From a virus, in IMG/VR virus record IMGVR_UViG_3300010885_014582, positions 30,014 through 94,013 of that record: DNA of 64,000 bases; one strand, given 5' to 3'. Shown one piece after another: positions 10,251 to 19,793 of the stretch. Position numbers and translations under genes: made by a program. The first letter of the stretch is position 1, and each line of letters opens with the position of its first letter. Under the pieces are notes generated by a model. It did not search any database and had not been told where the DNA came from. It worked only from the letters and a program-made list of their open reading frames with translations.

Positions 10251-11032
10251 ACCCAATCGAGAACCACTGTTAAATTTTCTTCACAGTGGGCACATTGAGT
10301 CTCCACCTCCCCCATACGGGGACCTGGTTGTACCGAGGTGATTTTCTTTAAGATCTTTTTACGATCCGCTACATTTAGTTTCTTTGACCAAGATTCACGA
10401 GATGAAGGTGTTCCCTCATCTGATTGTAAACACCGAGCAATAATAAAAGTATTTTGCTCGGCTACAGTCTTACCCTTTTTTGATGCGTAAAGACTGTCTC
10501 CAGTTGTTGGCAAGTTAAACGATAAAGTGTTTCCATCTTTTAGTTTGACAAGTATTGGTTGACTTAGGTCATCCTCAACTTTTTCCATTTTAAAATCTTC
10601 GTCTAAGTCAATTGCGACATCGTTGCTTCCCCCGCAACTGCCACAACTTAATTGTACTTCACGGGTTTTACCATAGGTAGCCCGTACAATTGCTAAAAAT
10701 AAAACATCTCTATCACCAATAATTAAATTATCAATGATGTCTTTGTTCTTATTTACTTCTTGTGAACCAATAGACACGACTGCTCGTTGTAGTAAGTGGG
10801 CAAGGTATTCACCATAGGTAACACCTTCCTTTGAATCAAAAGTAGCAAGGGCTTCTTCATCTTCTCCTGTCAACTCTCTCACAACGGCTGTAGTTTGCCA
10901 TTCCCCAGATTCTGTGTTGAACAACCCCCGTAGTAACTGAATATCAGTTACTGGAGGGGAGTCAATATATGGTGCTGGGTCTGTAATAGCAGTATTGGCG
11001 CTTTGTGCAAGCGAAGACAAGTTATCTGACAT
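10232..11032 (-). CDS. Tail assembly chaperone / T4 gp26-like hub assembly protein
   Basis: VRELTGEDEE, GDRDVLFLAIVRATYG, two CxxC pairs; between tube and tape measure genes. Confidence 0.8.
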   Translation of the reverse strand: MSDNLSSLAQSANTAITDPAPYIDSPPVTDIQLLRGLFNTESGEWQTTAVVRELTGEDEEALATFDSKEGVTYGEYLAHLLQRAVVSIGSQEVNKNKDIIDNLIIGDRDVLFLAIVRATYGKTREVQLSCGSCGGSNDVAIDLDEDFKMEKVEDDLSQPILVKLKDGNTLSFNLPTTGDSLYASKKGKTVAEQNTFIIARCLQSDEGTPSSRESWSKKLNVADRKKILKKITSVQPGPRMGEVETQCAHCEENLTVVLDWVSLLFS

Positions 11033-11054
11033 TTAGTATTCCTTTATTAAAGTG

Positions 11055-11666
11055 TTACCAGTTAAGGCTGTAGTTAGTAGCATCTGCTTGATTGAATGCT
11101 AACACAAATCCTTCGTGGTGGACTGTAAGTTCCTGTACCAGGATTCCACTGTCACCAGCACTTAAACCACCAAGACTGAATACTCCAGGCCAGCAGTTGA
11201 ACAACTTCATCATGAGGCGCTTGTTACCAGGGGTTGGTTCAATAGCAATACCATCTCCACCTGAATAGGTGTAGTTATTGCTAGTGGTTGGATGATCATA
11301 GACAGTTACTGTGATGTCACAGCGGTAATCTTGAGCAGCGCCAGTTCCCTTACTTCCGTTAGGTACTCCACCTTCCCATGAATGGATGAATTGTTGCCAC
11401 TTCCAAAGTTCATTGCCATCAGCAAAGACTCCACGAACAAATGATACGGCGCTAAAGTCTGACAGACCAACCATTTTATGAGTGTGGGTGTTCATTCCAC
11501 CTTCACGATAGGCAAGCATGTCATTAGTAACACTAAGACCACTCATTGTTGTAAATCCAAGTTTGGCTAACTTGGGGGAAAGTGATGCTAATGCACTATT
11601 AGTTGGTTCGATTTCTACTTGAAACTTAAAGTTACGAAGTGGATCGGTGCGTTGTGCTCTTGACAT
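11055..11666 (-). CDS. Tail tube protein (T4 gp19-like family)
   Basis: DPLRNFKFQVE, YREGG, NCWP...QELTVHHEG. Confidence 0.93.
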   Translation of the reverse strand: MSRAQRTDPLRNFKFQVEIEPTNSALASLSPKLAKLGFTTMSGLSVTNDMLAYREGGMNTHTHKMVGLSDFSAVSFVRGVFADGNELWKWQQFIHSWEGGVPNGSKGTGAAQDYRCDITVTVYDHPTTSNNYTYSGGDGIAIEPTPGNKRLMMKLFNCWPGVFSLGGLSAGDSGILVQELTVHHEGFVLAFNQADATNYSLNW

Positions 11667-11675
11667 TTTTACTCC

Positions 11676-13259
11676 TTAAACCGTTTCTACGGTGGTGTTG
11701 GATCCGCCAGAGAACTGGCTGATATTAATAACAATAAATTCAGCAGGTGCTTGTAAAGCCACACCTACCTCGACATGAAGTTCACCATTTTGTATTGCAT
11801 AGTCAGGGTTGTTTGTAGAGTTACAAATTACATAGAAAGATTCAAGTGAATTGCGTCCTTTAAGTGCCCCAGCAGACCACAGGTCTGAGAGGAACCGTGA
11901 GATACGACTGTTCAATTGTGACCATGTACGCTCACCGTTTGGTTCAAACAAAGCAGATTGAGCAATTTCTTCAACATTTGCTTTTACAAAGTTGAGTGTA
12001 CGGCGGACAGGAACATACTTTGTAATGTCTGTTTTTTTAAGTGTGCGGGAACCATTAATGATTACCCCACCACCAGGAATGTTTTTCATGGTGTTGACAT
12101 GGGCATCATACAAAAGACCAGTTTCAGCATTAGTGAAGTTTACTGCAAGACCATAGGTCCCACGAACATCATAAGCATATCCAGCAGGCGCTTTTCCAAC
12201 GGAACGATCTGCTTCCACACGGGTGTACAAACCAGCAACTGCTCCACCTGGGTAGGTGTTTCGCAATGTTGCAGAACCAGCACGGGCTGGGTCTGGCATT
12301 TGGAGCATTGGATAATACACTGCACCATAGGATGACTTGCTGTAGTTACTGGTCACACCAGTGATTCCTGCGGTAAGTGTCTGAGTTGGGTCTGCATCAA
12401 TGATTACAAAAGCATTTCCACGGGATTCAGCGTAGGTAAGTGCGTAGTTTACTCGTGTAGAAGTTGTCTGTCCTACAAGGTTGACCAAGATTGAACCATT
12501 AACATAGTTAAGGGAATCTACAGCAGCATTCCAGTCAGCATCTACGACAGCACCATTAGTTCCCGCAGTGACTCCTAGAGTGTATGTCGCAGCAGTAATG
12601 GTGTAAACCACGCCAGCAACAAGTGTGGCATCTACTTCATAAACATCTACAAAAGTTGAATAAGAGTTAACAATTGTAGTGATGTATTGTGGGGAGTCTG
12701 GATCAAGTGATACTTCAGTCCAGCGCTCTACTTCAGCGCCATTAAACAAAACAGCAAGGTTGAAAGTAAGGGGGGTACCTGTGCCACCAAGGCTTTCAGC
12801 AACACCATTACGCAATCCAGCAGTGATAATTACTTTAAGACCAACTTCTGTTGTAGTAGAAGTTGCAGCAGCGTAGTTTGCCCAAGTACCAACATTTTTT
12901 GCTTGTACTCTGAACAATGTTGTATTAGCACCACCAGCGATGGTTCCTGTAATTGATCCAGATTTTGCTTTGAGAGCAGCGGCACCACCAGTAGTAGTGG
13001 AGTGTGTAACACGGGTTACATAAGCCGTGCGACCACCGTTGGAGAAGAAGTGATAAACGGCGTAGCCGAGATCAGATGAGTTAGTGAGATCACCATAGAG
13101 TGTCTTATACTGACCCCAAGAGTCAATACGAGTTGGTAGTACAGGACCACGGGCGGCTGTACCGAGGAACGCTGTGGGCGTTACTTCAGTTCCAGTTTGC
13201 GTGACTGTAGAGAATGGGCCTTCGGTGATATATACACCTGGGCGGGAGTATGTTGCCAT
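11676..13259 (-). CDS. Contractile tail sheath protein
   Basis: YSRPGVYITE, VGKAPAG, YVPVRR, FEPN, PAEFIVI. Confidence 0.96.
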   Translation of the reverse strand: MATYSRPGVYITEGPFSTVTQTGTEVTPTAFLGTAARGPVLPTRIDSWGQYKTLYGDLTNSSDLGYAVYHFFSNGGRTAYVTRVTHSTTTGGAAALKAKSGSITGTIAGGANTTLFRVQAKNVGTWANYAAATSTTTEVGLKVIITAGLRNGVAESLGGTGTPLTFNLAVLFNGAEVERWTEVSLDPDSPQYITTIVNSYSTFVDVYEVDATLVAGVVYTITAATYTLGVTAGTNGAVVDADWNAAVDSLNYVNGSILVNLVGQTTSTRVNYALTYAESRGNAFVIIDADPTQTLTAGITGVTSNYSKSSYGAVYYPMLQMPDPARAGSATLRNTYPGGAVAGLYTRVEADRSVGKAPAGYAYDVRGTYGLAVNFTNAETGLLYDAHVNTMKNIPGGGVIINGSRTLKKTDITKYVPVRRTLNFVKANVEEIAQSALFEPNGERTWSQLNSRISRFLSDLWSAGALKGRNSLESFYVICNSTNNPDYAIQNGELHVEVGVALQAPAEFIVINISQFSGGSNTTVETV

Positions 13260-13285
13260 TTTTGCTCCTTAGCAATAGACGGGGG

Positions 13286-13966
13286 TTACGGGGTACTTGT
13301 GAGTGCTTCGATTGTTGGGATAATGCTGGTGACTTGGTGTAGGCCATACATGTCTGCTGATGGTATCTCAGCAGTCATTTGAAGAGTATAAATCTTGCGA
13401 AAAATACGCTTACGGTATCCAGACTCAGAGTCTAGAAGGTCCGCCGTTGTCCAATCTAAAAGATCAAGACGACGAGTTGTGCCATCCTCTGGGATATCAA
13501 TGTACCCTTTTCGGAATGGAACAATTGTACTCAACATTTGACTGCTAAGTTGGCGATCGTGTAGGGCGCTACGAGTAAATGTAGAAACTTGATACAAAAG
13601 GTCTACTGGGACAAACTCTTTGCTAGTAATGAACTCAATGGTTGTAGTACCAGTAATAGTGTTCATGTTTGAAATGCGGCTAGGCCAGTATTGCAATTCA
13701 TTGGGTCTTCCAATAAACCTACTTCGTTGAGGTATTCCGACCTTGGCGTAAGTCAAATCTACTTCTGAATGCTGACGGTTCTTGGCGTGAACTAAGTCAA
13801 TCATCTCAATAGTCAAGAAAGGGTAAGACCGCTCAGTCTCTGCTTCTGGGTAGCGATAAAAAACTTGCACTGGACGAGAGCCATTGCGGTCATCCGAGAC
13901 AGACAATGTGGCAAACCGTGCTTTAAGGGCAGCATCTTCAGCAAGAAGGAATCCAGGATTAGGCAT
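13286..13966 (-). CDS. Tail terminator / completion protein
   Basis: Immediately upstream of the sheath; PVDLLYQV...HDRQL pattern. Confidence 0.6.
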   Translation of the reverse strand: MPNPGFLLAEDAALKARFATLSVSDDRNGSRPVQVFYRYPEAETERSYPFLTIEMIDLVHAKNRQHSEVDLTYAKVGIPQRSRFIGRPNELQYWPSRISNMNTITGTTTIEFITSKEFVPVDLLYQVSTFTRSALHDRQLSSQMLSTIVPFRKGYIDIPEDGTTRRLDLLDWTTADLLDSESGYRKRIFRKIYTLQMTAEIPSADMYGLHQVTSIIPTIEALTSTP

Positions 13967-14378
13967 TGTTCCCCGACAGTTTCTTAGAAAGTAAGGAAGT
14001 TAATTCTTTTTTGAGATCTTGACCACGCTTGAAAGCCGTAGACCGAAGAAGCCCAGTAGCAACAACTTGTTGAGTTGGATCACCATACTCAAGCATGGTT
14101 ACTTCATTTGTGGGGGTATTTACGCTGTATTCAACATGACCATCGACTAGACCAACCTTAGCCTGGTCTGACAGGTGCGCCCAGTCTGGGTGGTTTGACA
14201 TGTTACTAGCAAGGTGTGATTGCTCGTTTTCAAGAAGTTCTTTAACGGAGGCAATTACGGCTTTTGGATAAGCCTCTAGGAGATCCTCAAAGAACCAAGA
14301 AGTTGGGAACTCTCCACGGATAATGCTATTAGAGTTCGTGGATGTATGCAATTGTGCAGAAGTCATTACTTCTCCCAC
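13959..14378 (-). CDS. Putative neck / tail completion protein
   Basis: Synteny within the neck module; LEYG motif. Confidence 0.5.
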   Translation of the reverse strand: MGEVMTSAQLHTSTNSNSIIRGEFPTSWFFEDLLEAYPKAVIASVKELLENEQSHLASNMSNHPDWAHLSDQAKVGLVDGHVEYSVNTPTNEVTMLEYGDPTQQVVATGLLRSTAFKRGQDLKKELTSLLSKKLSGNNA

Positions 14379-14430
14379 GAGACTCTAGGCGTTGTAAATC
14401 TTGGCGCTCACCGAGATTACTTCCAGTTTA

Positions 14431-14967
14431 TCAGAGTTGAGGTAGGGTAGAAGGCCAAGGAAGATTCTGGGATGAGGTGGCAGTCGGACCCACATCAAAA
14501 GGCATTTCCTGATTGATGTATACCTCAATACCTTCAACGACGAGAATGACATCATCAGATGCTCGTCCTCTGACACGGTAAGAAGTTACTGAAAAATAAC
14601 GACCATCATAGAAGAACATATCGTTAAGGTGACCACGGTACTCATAGGGGGTAGTAACCCCAGCATCCCTAAAGTCCTGGATGGACGCCACGAAGTTAGT
14701 TAATTGGACAGCCTGACGACCTTCAGGGATGGCACGCTTCTGATCTTCAGCCTCGGTAATCATCAGGACTGGTACTACCACTCCCTTTTTGTACTTGCGA
14801 CCACCAGTTCCAGGCACACCCTCGTCGTAGACATCATCGTAGACAGATGCCGTTGTGGTGTTTGTACCCAGCGGTGTGAACTCAAACCATACAATAGACT
14901 CACCGTAGGCTTGCTGGTACCTACGGTAGTGCTTCCTAATGCTGGCTAATTCTCTCCGAATTTCCAT
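14431..14967 (-). CDS. Head closure / stopper protein
   Basis: YDDVYDEG and DMFFYDGRYFSV motifs; follows the adaptor gene. Confidence 0.6.
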   Translation of the reverse strand: MEIRRELASIRKHYRRYQQAYGESIVWFEFTPLGTNTTTASVYDDVYDEGVPGTGGRKYKKGVVVPVLMITEAEDQKRAIPEGRQAVQLTNFVASIQDFRDAGVTTPYEYRGHLNDMFFYDGRYFSVTSYRVRGRASDDVILVVEGIEVYINQEMPFDVGPTATSSQNLPWPSTLPQL

Positions 14968-15785
14968 TAAAAGTAAGATTCACTAGTGTATGCAGTTGGA
15001 GGAACCCCTTCGATGAATACATCCTCCCGCAATGGTTCGTCTTGTTCTTCAATAAGGATATGACCTTCTGTGTCTTCTTTGAAAATGCGCTCCAGAGGAC
15101 CGTACTCGCCAAGTTCTTTACCCACATACAGTGGTACATAGCGGTTAGTTGTGCGTGAGATACGGCGAAGGCTGAACTGCTCGATACGCTCAGGACCAAT
15201 GTTGAGGTTATTGGCGTGTTTGCGGTACTCAACTTCCCATGCTTGGACAAGGCTTTGGAGCATACGGAAACGCTGAGAACCAGGGATGTGAATGGACTCA
15301 GAAGTCATTACATCGATGTCACGGGCATATTCTGTCATAAGTGACTGTAGTGCCTCTACAAGCGCTCCCAGACCCACTACATCCAATACTGCGGCGCTTG
15401 CCTGCTCTAGAGGAATCTTAATAGTTGGTTTGTGGAAGTTAATTGAACGCTCTGCGTAAAACTCAAGATCTTGGGGAAGAATCCACTCATAGTAATAACC
15501 TTCAACCATGATGGTTGTATTAGAAGGTGGGGTTCCTGCAAGGCGCATAATACCATTACGGTTATCGATGCTGTATTGAGAAGTAGTGAGTTGTGTAACA
15601 ACACCCGAAGTTACCGTCGCAACCCACAAAGTCGTTGAGTCAATGTTTACTTGACCCAGTTCATAGGTGCGACCGATGGTATCAAAAGAGACCTGAAAGA
15701 ACTTAGGAAAGTCACGAAGATAGTTTCGGGCTAACTGGACAGTGTGTTCCAGAACGGTTAGACCACTACTAGTTGTTCCAGCCAT
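14967..15785 (-). CDS. Head-tail adaptor protein
   Basis: Synteny; C-terminal DIDVMTSESIHIPGSQRFRML helical adaptor-like region. Confidence 0.6.
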   Translation of the reverse strand: MAGTTSSGLTVLEHTVQLARNYLRDFPKFFQVSFDTIGRTYELGQVNIDSTTLWVATVTSGVVTQLTTSQYSIDNRNGIMRLAGTPPSNTTIMVEGYYYEWILPQDLEFYAERSINFHKPTIKIPLEQASAAVLDVVGLGALVEALQSLMTEYARDIDVMTSESIHIPGSQRFRMLQSLVQAWEVEYRKHANNLNIGPERIEQFSLRRISRTTNRYVPLYVGKELGEYGPLERIFKEDTEGHILIEEQDEPLREDVFIEGVPPTAYTSESYF

Positions 15786-15937
15786 TATTGATCTCCTGAA
15801 CTTACACCTGGGATGGTGTCTAGGGACGCTTGGTTAATCTGAGGCTGTTGCTCACGGTGCCTATGAGACATCACGGTACGCACACGGGTGATGTCTGCGA
15901 CAGTCCCTGTTGGTGTAGGGATGGGGCGCTCATCCAT
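15785..15937 (-). CDS. Small hypothetical protein (50 aa)
   Basis: Hand-translated MDERPIPTPTG...SSGDQ*; TAATG overlaps with both neighbouring genes. Confidence 0.6.
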   Translation of the reverse strand: MDERPIPTPTGTVADITRVRTVMSHRHREQQPQINQASLDTIPGVSSGDQ

Positions 15938-17454
15938 TATGGAGCCTCTAGGGCTTCAACTTTTGCGGAAAGTTCCTGGACTGCTTGTACAAGGATAGAA
16001 ATAACATCGTTTGTTTTCCACATTTGTGGAACAATTTCTCCATCTGTAATACCAAACTCAATGAGTTGTGGTTGTACTTCTAAGATTTCATCAACAATAA
16101 AACCATGACTAATACTGTTTTCGTATTGATCTTTTTCAATTACTCCGTCAGATTCTTGAGGGATTGCTTTAAAGGTACGGGGAGTTAAAGAATTGATGAT
16201 ATTTAAACCATCAGTAAAAGAGTTAATTTGTTCTTTGTATTTACGAAGTGAGGTAACGGTTGCAACTTCTCCACCTGCAAGAACACGCATGTTAGCAGCG
16301 GCTGTTGTAGTACGGGTACCACCAAATATAAATGTTCCAATAGATAATGTTCCAGAAACAGCCCACCAACCAGAACCACTGCTCCAACCAATGTATGGTC
16401 CACCAAGCGGGTCCACATTGACAATTGCAGAAAGATAACCTGCTGTAGAAGCACTTCCTGCGCTACCAGCACTACCAGCACTGCCAGTAATGTTAATGCT
16501 ATAAGTACCACCATCATTATAGGCAATGGCTGGTTTACCACTAACATTTGCCCAACTGACTGCATTAGCAGCAGCAGCAGTGCCAGAAATATTGATGTTG
16601 TAAGTTCCACCGTCATTGAAAACATTTCCAATAGCAGGCTTACCACTAACATTTGCCCAAGTTACTGCGTTGGCGCTATCAGCCACACCAGCAGTTGCGG
16701 CTTTACCAGTTGTGCTCTGATTCCAAGTAGGGACAGTTCCAGTTAAACCTGAGTAAGGGACGCTACTAGCAGATGAGGCGTTGCCTACAAAACCACCGTT
16801 TGCGGTGATAGTGCCCGTTGTAGAGATGTTGCTGTTGGCTGTCCAGTAAGAAAGGTTGTACCAAGTACTACCTACTTTTACTGAGAATGGTGAGGCAGTG
16901 GTGCTGTTAGGTGTCCATGCAGTATTGACATAGGTGTCACCTGCTGAACCACGGTTAGAAGAAACTGTGTCTGTAAGTGTGCGAGCAGTACTGGAGCGAA
17001 CAAAAATGCGCTTATCAGTAATTGCTTGTGCAACAGGTATACCACTATCAACACGCCATACAGCGGCTAGTACAACATCAGTTGAATCAATGTTTACATC
17101 ATTGGTACCAGTACCAGATGAAGGGAATCGTGGGTTAGTACTTCCAGCGGCTGGTCGTACTGCAAAGCAAGTAATTGAACCGCTTGATAATCGAGCATGA
17201 ATGATGTCAAAGAAAGCAGGAGATGTATATGGGGTTAATAAAACCGTGCCACCTGCGTATGGGTAATAAGCCCCATTGATAAGTACTTCACCAGCAGAGA
17301 CTGTGACAGTCTGTGTAGCAGATCCTGGTGCAACGACCAGTCCACTGACAACACCACTTTTTTGATTTCCAAGAATCTGGAAGTCTAGGGAGTCTGGCTC
17401 TGCCTGATTTTGATTGAATGAATCAGGCGTATTTGGAATTGTAAAGCCAGACAT
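15937..17454 (-). CDS. Virion fibre with C-terminal intramolecular chaperone (Peptidase S74-like)
   Basis: Ser/Thr/Gly-rich; internal repeat ANAV(T/S)WANVSGKPAI..NDGGTY; SLRKYKEQI...HGFIVDE...VQAVQELSAKV chaperone. Confidence 0.8.
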   Translation of the reverse strand: MSGFTIPNTPDSFNQNQAEPDSLDFQILGNQKSGVVSGLVVAPGSATQTVTVSAGEVLINGAYYPYAGGTVLLTPYTSPAFFDIIHARLSSGSITCFAVRPAAGSTNPRFPSSGTGTNDVNIDSTDVVLAAVWRVDSGIPVAQAITDKRIFVRSSTARTLTDTVSSNRGSAGDTYVNTAWTPNSTTASPFSVKVGSTWYNLSYWTANSNISTTGTITANGGFVGNASSASSVPYSGLTGTVPTWNQSTTGKAATAGVADSANAVTWANVSGKPAIGNVFNDGGTYNINISGTAAAANAVSWANVSGKPAIAYNDGGTYSINITGSAGSAGSAGSASTAGYLSAIVNVDPLGGPYIGWSSGSGWWAVSGTLSIGTFIFGGTRTTTAAANMRVLAGGEVATVTSLRKYKEQINSFTDGLNIINSLTPRTFKAIPQESDGVIEKDQYENSISHGFIVDEILEVQPQLIEFGITDGEIVPQMWKTNDVISILVQAVQELSAKVEALEAP

Positions 17455-17461
17455 TTATTCC

Positions 17462-17731
17462 TTAGAGAGTGTCGTAGATGTTCCCGTGGTTTTTAAGGTG
17501 GTCATACAAACCTGCGGGAAGTGTATAAGTTGTCCCATCCTCAAAGTCAAAAGTTTCTTGACCCCAGTACATCTTCCATGTGCCTTTAACTCGGCCTTTT
17601 TTGGTATCAGGTGCGCCAGGAGAAACGACAGTAGTACTTTCAGGTACTGATGTCTCCACTACTTCAGTAGTGGTCTCTTCTGGTTCTGAGAAGATATCTG
17701 TGGTTGTAACATTTGTGCGTTTCGTAGCCAT
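17462..17731 (-). CDS. Small head-associated hypothetical protein
   Basis: GGAG RBS; directly downstream of the capsid gene. Confidence 0.6.
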   Translation of the reverse strand: MATKRTNVTTTDIFSEPEETTTEVVETSVPESTTVVSPGAPDTKKGRVKGTWKMYWGQETFDFEDGTTYTLPAGLYDHLKNHGNIYDTL

Positions 17732-17756
17732 GGCTACTCCTTTTGGTAGTGGTTAA

Positions 17757-17812
17757 AAATTTAACTTAAAAAGTGGGGTACTAGGCTTGCGCCATTCCCC
17801 CACTTTAAGTTG
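17757..17812 (-). terminator. Stem-loop / intrinsic terminator after the major capsid gene
   Basis: Minus strand AACTTAAAGTGGGG...CCCCACTTTTTAAGTT followed by a T-rich run. Confidence 0.7.
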
Positions 17813-17822
17813 ACCTAGTGGA

Positions 17823-18902
17823 TTAGGCAGTTGGTACTGCGCCACCGAGTGTGTTGATGATAACACGAGATTCGTGTGTGATGACACCGAAGCCCCAGAT
17901 TGCGTACCATGACAAGCCGTGCTCACGACCGAAGTCGATTACACCACCATCACGGAGTTCAACTGGAAGGGCAATTGCTTGTCCGAATGCGTTGTCACCG
18001 ATCATGATTGAAGAGAACGAGTTCGAAAGAACTGCGTCACGGGTACTTGTTGCTGGGTTGGAGTCAACCAAACCAAGACCAGACTTAACCTGGGTGGTTT
18101 CAATGAAGACCACATCGTACAAACGACCAATTTCACCGAGCATGAAGTTACCTGGAGCGGCATACTTTGTTACTTCGATGAATTCTGGCCAGTCACGAAG
18201 CGCACGGCTCTGTGAAGGGTGTACGAAACATACATAGGTATCGCCAAGGCGAGGGATGTTCTGGTTAGCCAAGATCTCAACTGCGTCCTTGACGGTTGCA
18301 GGTGACATGTAGCCAGGTGCGCCTGAGTTACCAGCGGCTGCGTACTCGTAAGGAGCACGAGGACCACGGGTAGAAGGAGCGGTGCGTCCGAAGACTACTG
18401 ACGGTGCAACGGCAGAGCCGCCACCGAAAGGAACACCTGATGCGTACAGCGTGTTACGAGCCTGGATGTCCATGGACTGAGCCATGTGACGACCAAGAAG
18501 GCGTGAAGACGAAGCCATAACATCATCGAAAGAAGCGTTGAGGAGGAGTTCGGTAACCGAAACTGCCTTACCTTGTTCTTTAACAGTGATCTGGATCTGA
18601 CTTGCTGAAAGTGCTGAAGGCTCCATACGGGTACCTTCTGTCAATTCTGCACCTGTTGACTCGTCCGTTGCAAGGTTGTTGTAACGCATGAAGTTAATGG
18701 TGAGACCTGGCATGACGCCCAGTTCCGTCTTCTTGACGGCAAACTGTTCAAAGCGAAGCACTGGCATCGCCTGGAAAAGAATTTCTTTCGACCAGATAGT
18801 CTGGATCGCTGGGCTGAGAGCGGTGCCGCCAACGGTATAGCCAGTTGCGCTTGTCGCACCTGCCGTTGTTACTGCGCCACCTACGGGACCTGGAAGGGCC
18901 AT
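17823..18902 (-). CDS. Major capsid protein (N4 gp56-like family, HK97 fold)
   Basis: WSKEILFQAMP.LRFEQFA, PGLTINFMRY, GEIGRLYDVVFIET, DFGREHGLSWYAIWG. Confidence 0.95.
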   Translation of the reverse strand: MALPGPVGGAVTTAGATSATGYTVGGTALSPAIQTIWSKEILFQAMPVLRFEQFAVKKTELGVMPGLTINFMRYNNLATDESTGAELTEGTRMEPSALSASQIQITVKEQGKAVSVTELLLNASFDDVMASSSRLLGRHMAQSMDIQARNTLYASGVPFGGGSAVAPSVVFGRTAPSTRGPRAPYEYAAAGNSGAPGYMSPATVKDAVEILANQNIPRLGDTYVCFVHPSQSRALRDWPEFIEVTKYAAPGNFMLGEIGRLYDVVFIETTQVKSGLGLVDSNPATSTRDAVLSNSFSSIMIGDNAFGQAIALPVELRDGGVIDFGREHGLSWYAIWGFGVITHESRVIINTLGGAVPTA

Positions 18903-18936
18903 GGGTTTATCCTCCGTGGATAGGGGTTGTTATGTT

Positions 18937-19740
18937 TTAGAAACGGCCTCTAGGAGACCGTGCGTTCAGGAGCCTATCCCGCATTTTTGAGTACTGATCC
19001 ATCGACATATTGCGGATATCATCCGCACTTAACTGTTGGTATTCCGTTTGAGTTTCCATTGGCCCAACAGGAGGCGCCGTTACGGGTGCCCCCCTCAAGC
19101 GACCTTGCTGTTGCTGAGTCGCTTGCTGGATTGATTCAATAATAGCAGATGAACGCTCACGCAGTACAGCAATTGATTGTTCGATCTCATCCTCGCTGTT
19201 TCCTGACACAAGATCGATCAATTCTGGGATGATTGATTCTTGTTCTGCTTGCAGACGAGTATTGCGATAATGGGTCAAAGCCTGCATCTGGCGCTCTTTA
19301 TCGAGCAATGCTTCTTGGGCTTGGCGTTGTGCTTCAATGGTTTCAAGGCGTGCTTGCCACTCTTGCTCAACGGTATTGATGCGCTGATTGAATTCATCTT
19401 CCTGTTTAAGGAGAAGTTCTTTAGCGCTGAGTTCGTCGATTTCACGCTGACGCAGAATTTCCGATTCTTTTTTAGAAAGGGCTTCTGCTTGCTTGCGGGC
19501 TTCTTCTCGCTCCTTGGCAATAAGTGACATCTGCTCTTCCATGTTTTTCACACGGACATCTGCCTCTTCAAGACGCTTGTACATCTTGTCTTTTTCCTGC
19601 TTACGGATACCTTCTACCTCATCTTCAGAGAAGAGTTTGGCGTTTGTACTTTTCATTGCGTCTTCAACAAATTGCTCCACTTGTGGAGAATCCATTGGGA
19701 CAGAAATAATGTCCCCTTCGGGGACGGTGTTCTTGGACAT
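18937..19740 (-). CDS. Capsid scaffolding protein
   Basis: Coiled-coil, Glu/Gln-rich; C-terminal IRNMSMDQYSKMRDRLL; between portal and capsid genes. Confidence 0.85.
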   Translation of the reverse strand: MSKNTVPEGDIISVPMDSPQVEQFVEDAMKSTNAKLFSEDEVEGIRKQEKDKMYKRLEEADVRVKNMEEQMSLIAKEREEARKQAEALSKKESEILRQREIDELSAKELLLKQEDEFNQRINTVEQEWQARLETIEAQRQAQEALLDKERQMQALTHYRNTRLQAEQESIIPELIDLVSGNSEDEIEQSIAVLRERSSAIIESIQQATQQQQGRLRGAPVTAPPVGPMETQTEYQQLSADDIRNMSMDQYSKMRDRLLNARSPRGRF

Positions 19741-19793
19741 TAATTACCTACTTACTTTGTTAGTTTTGCTTTTTAGGGCTTGAATTGTTTGAC

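Noticed and set aside
884-13966. Extracellular contractile injection system or tailocin
   Set aside because: Sheath, tube and baseplate resemble eCIS parts, but capsid, scaffold, portal and terminase are present, so this is a complete phage morphogenesis module.
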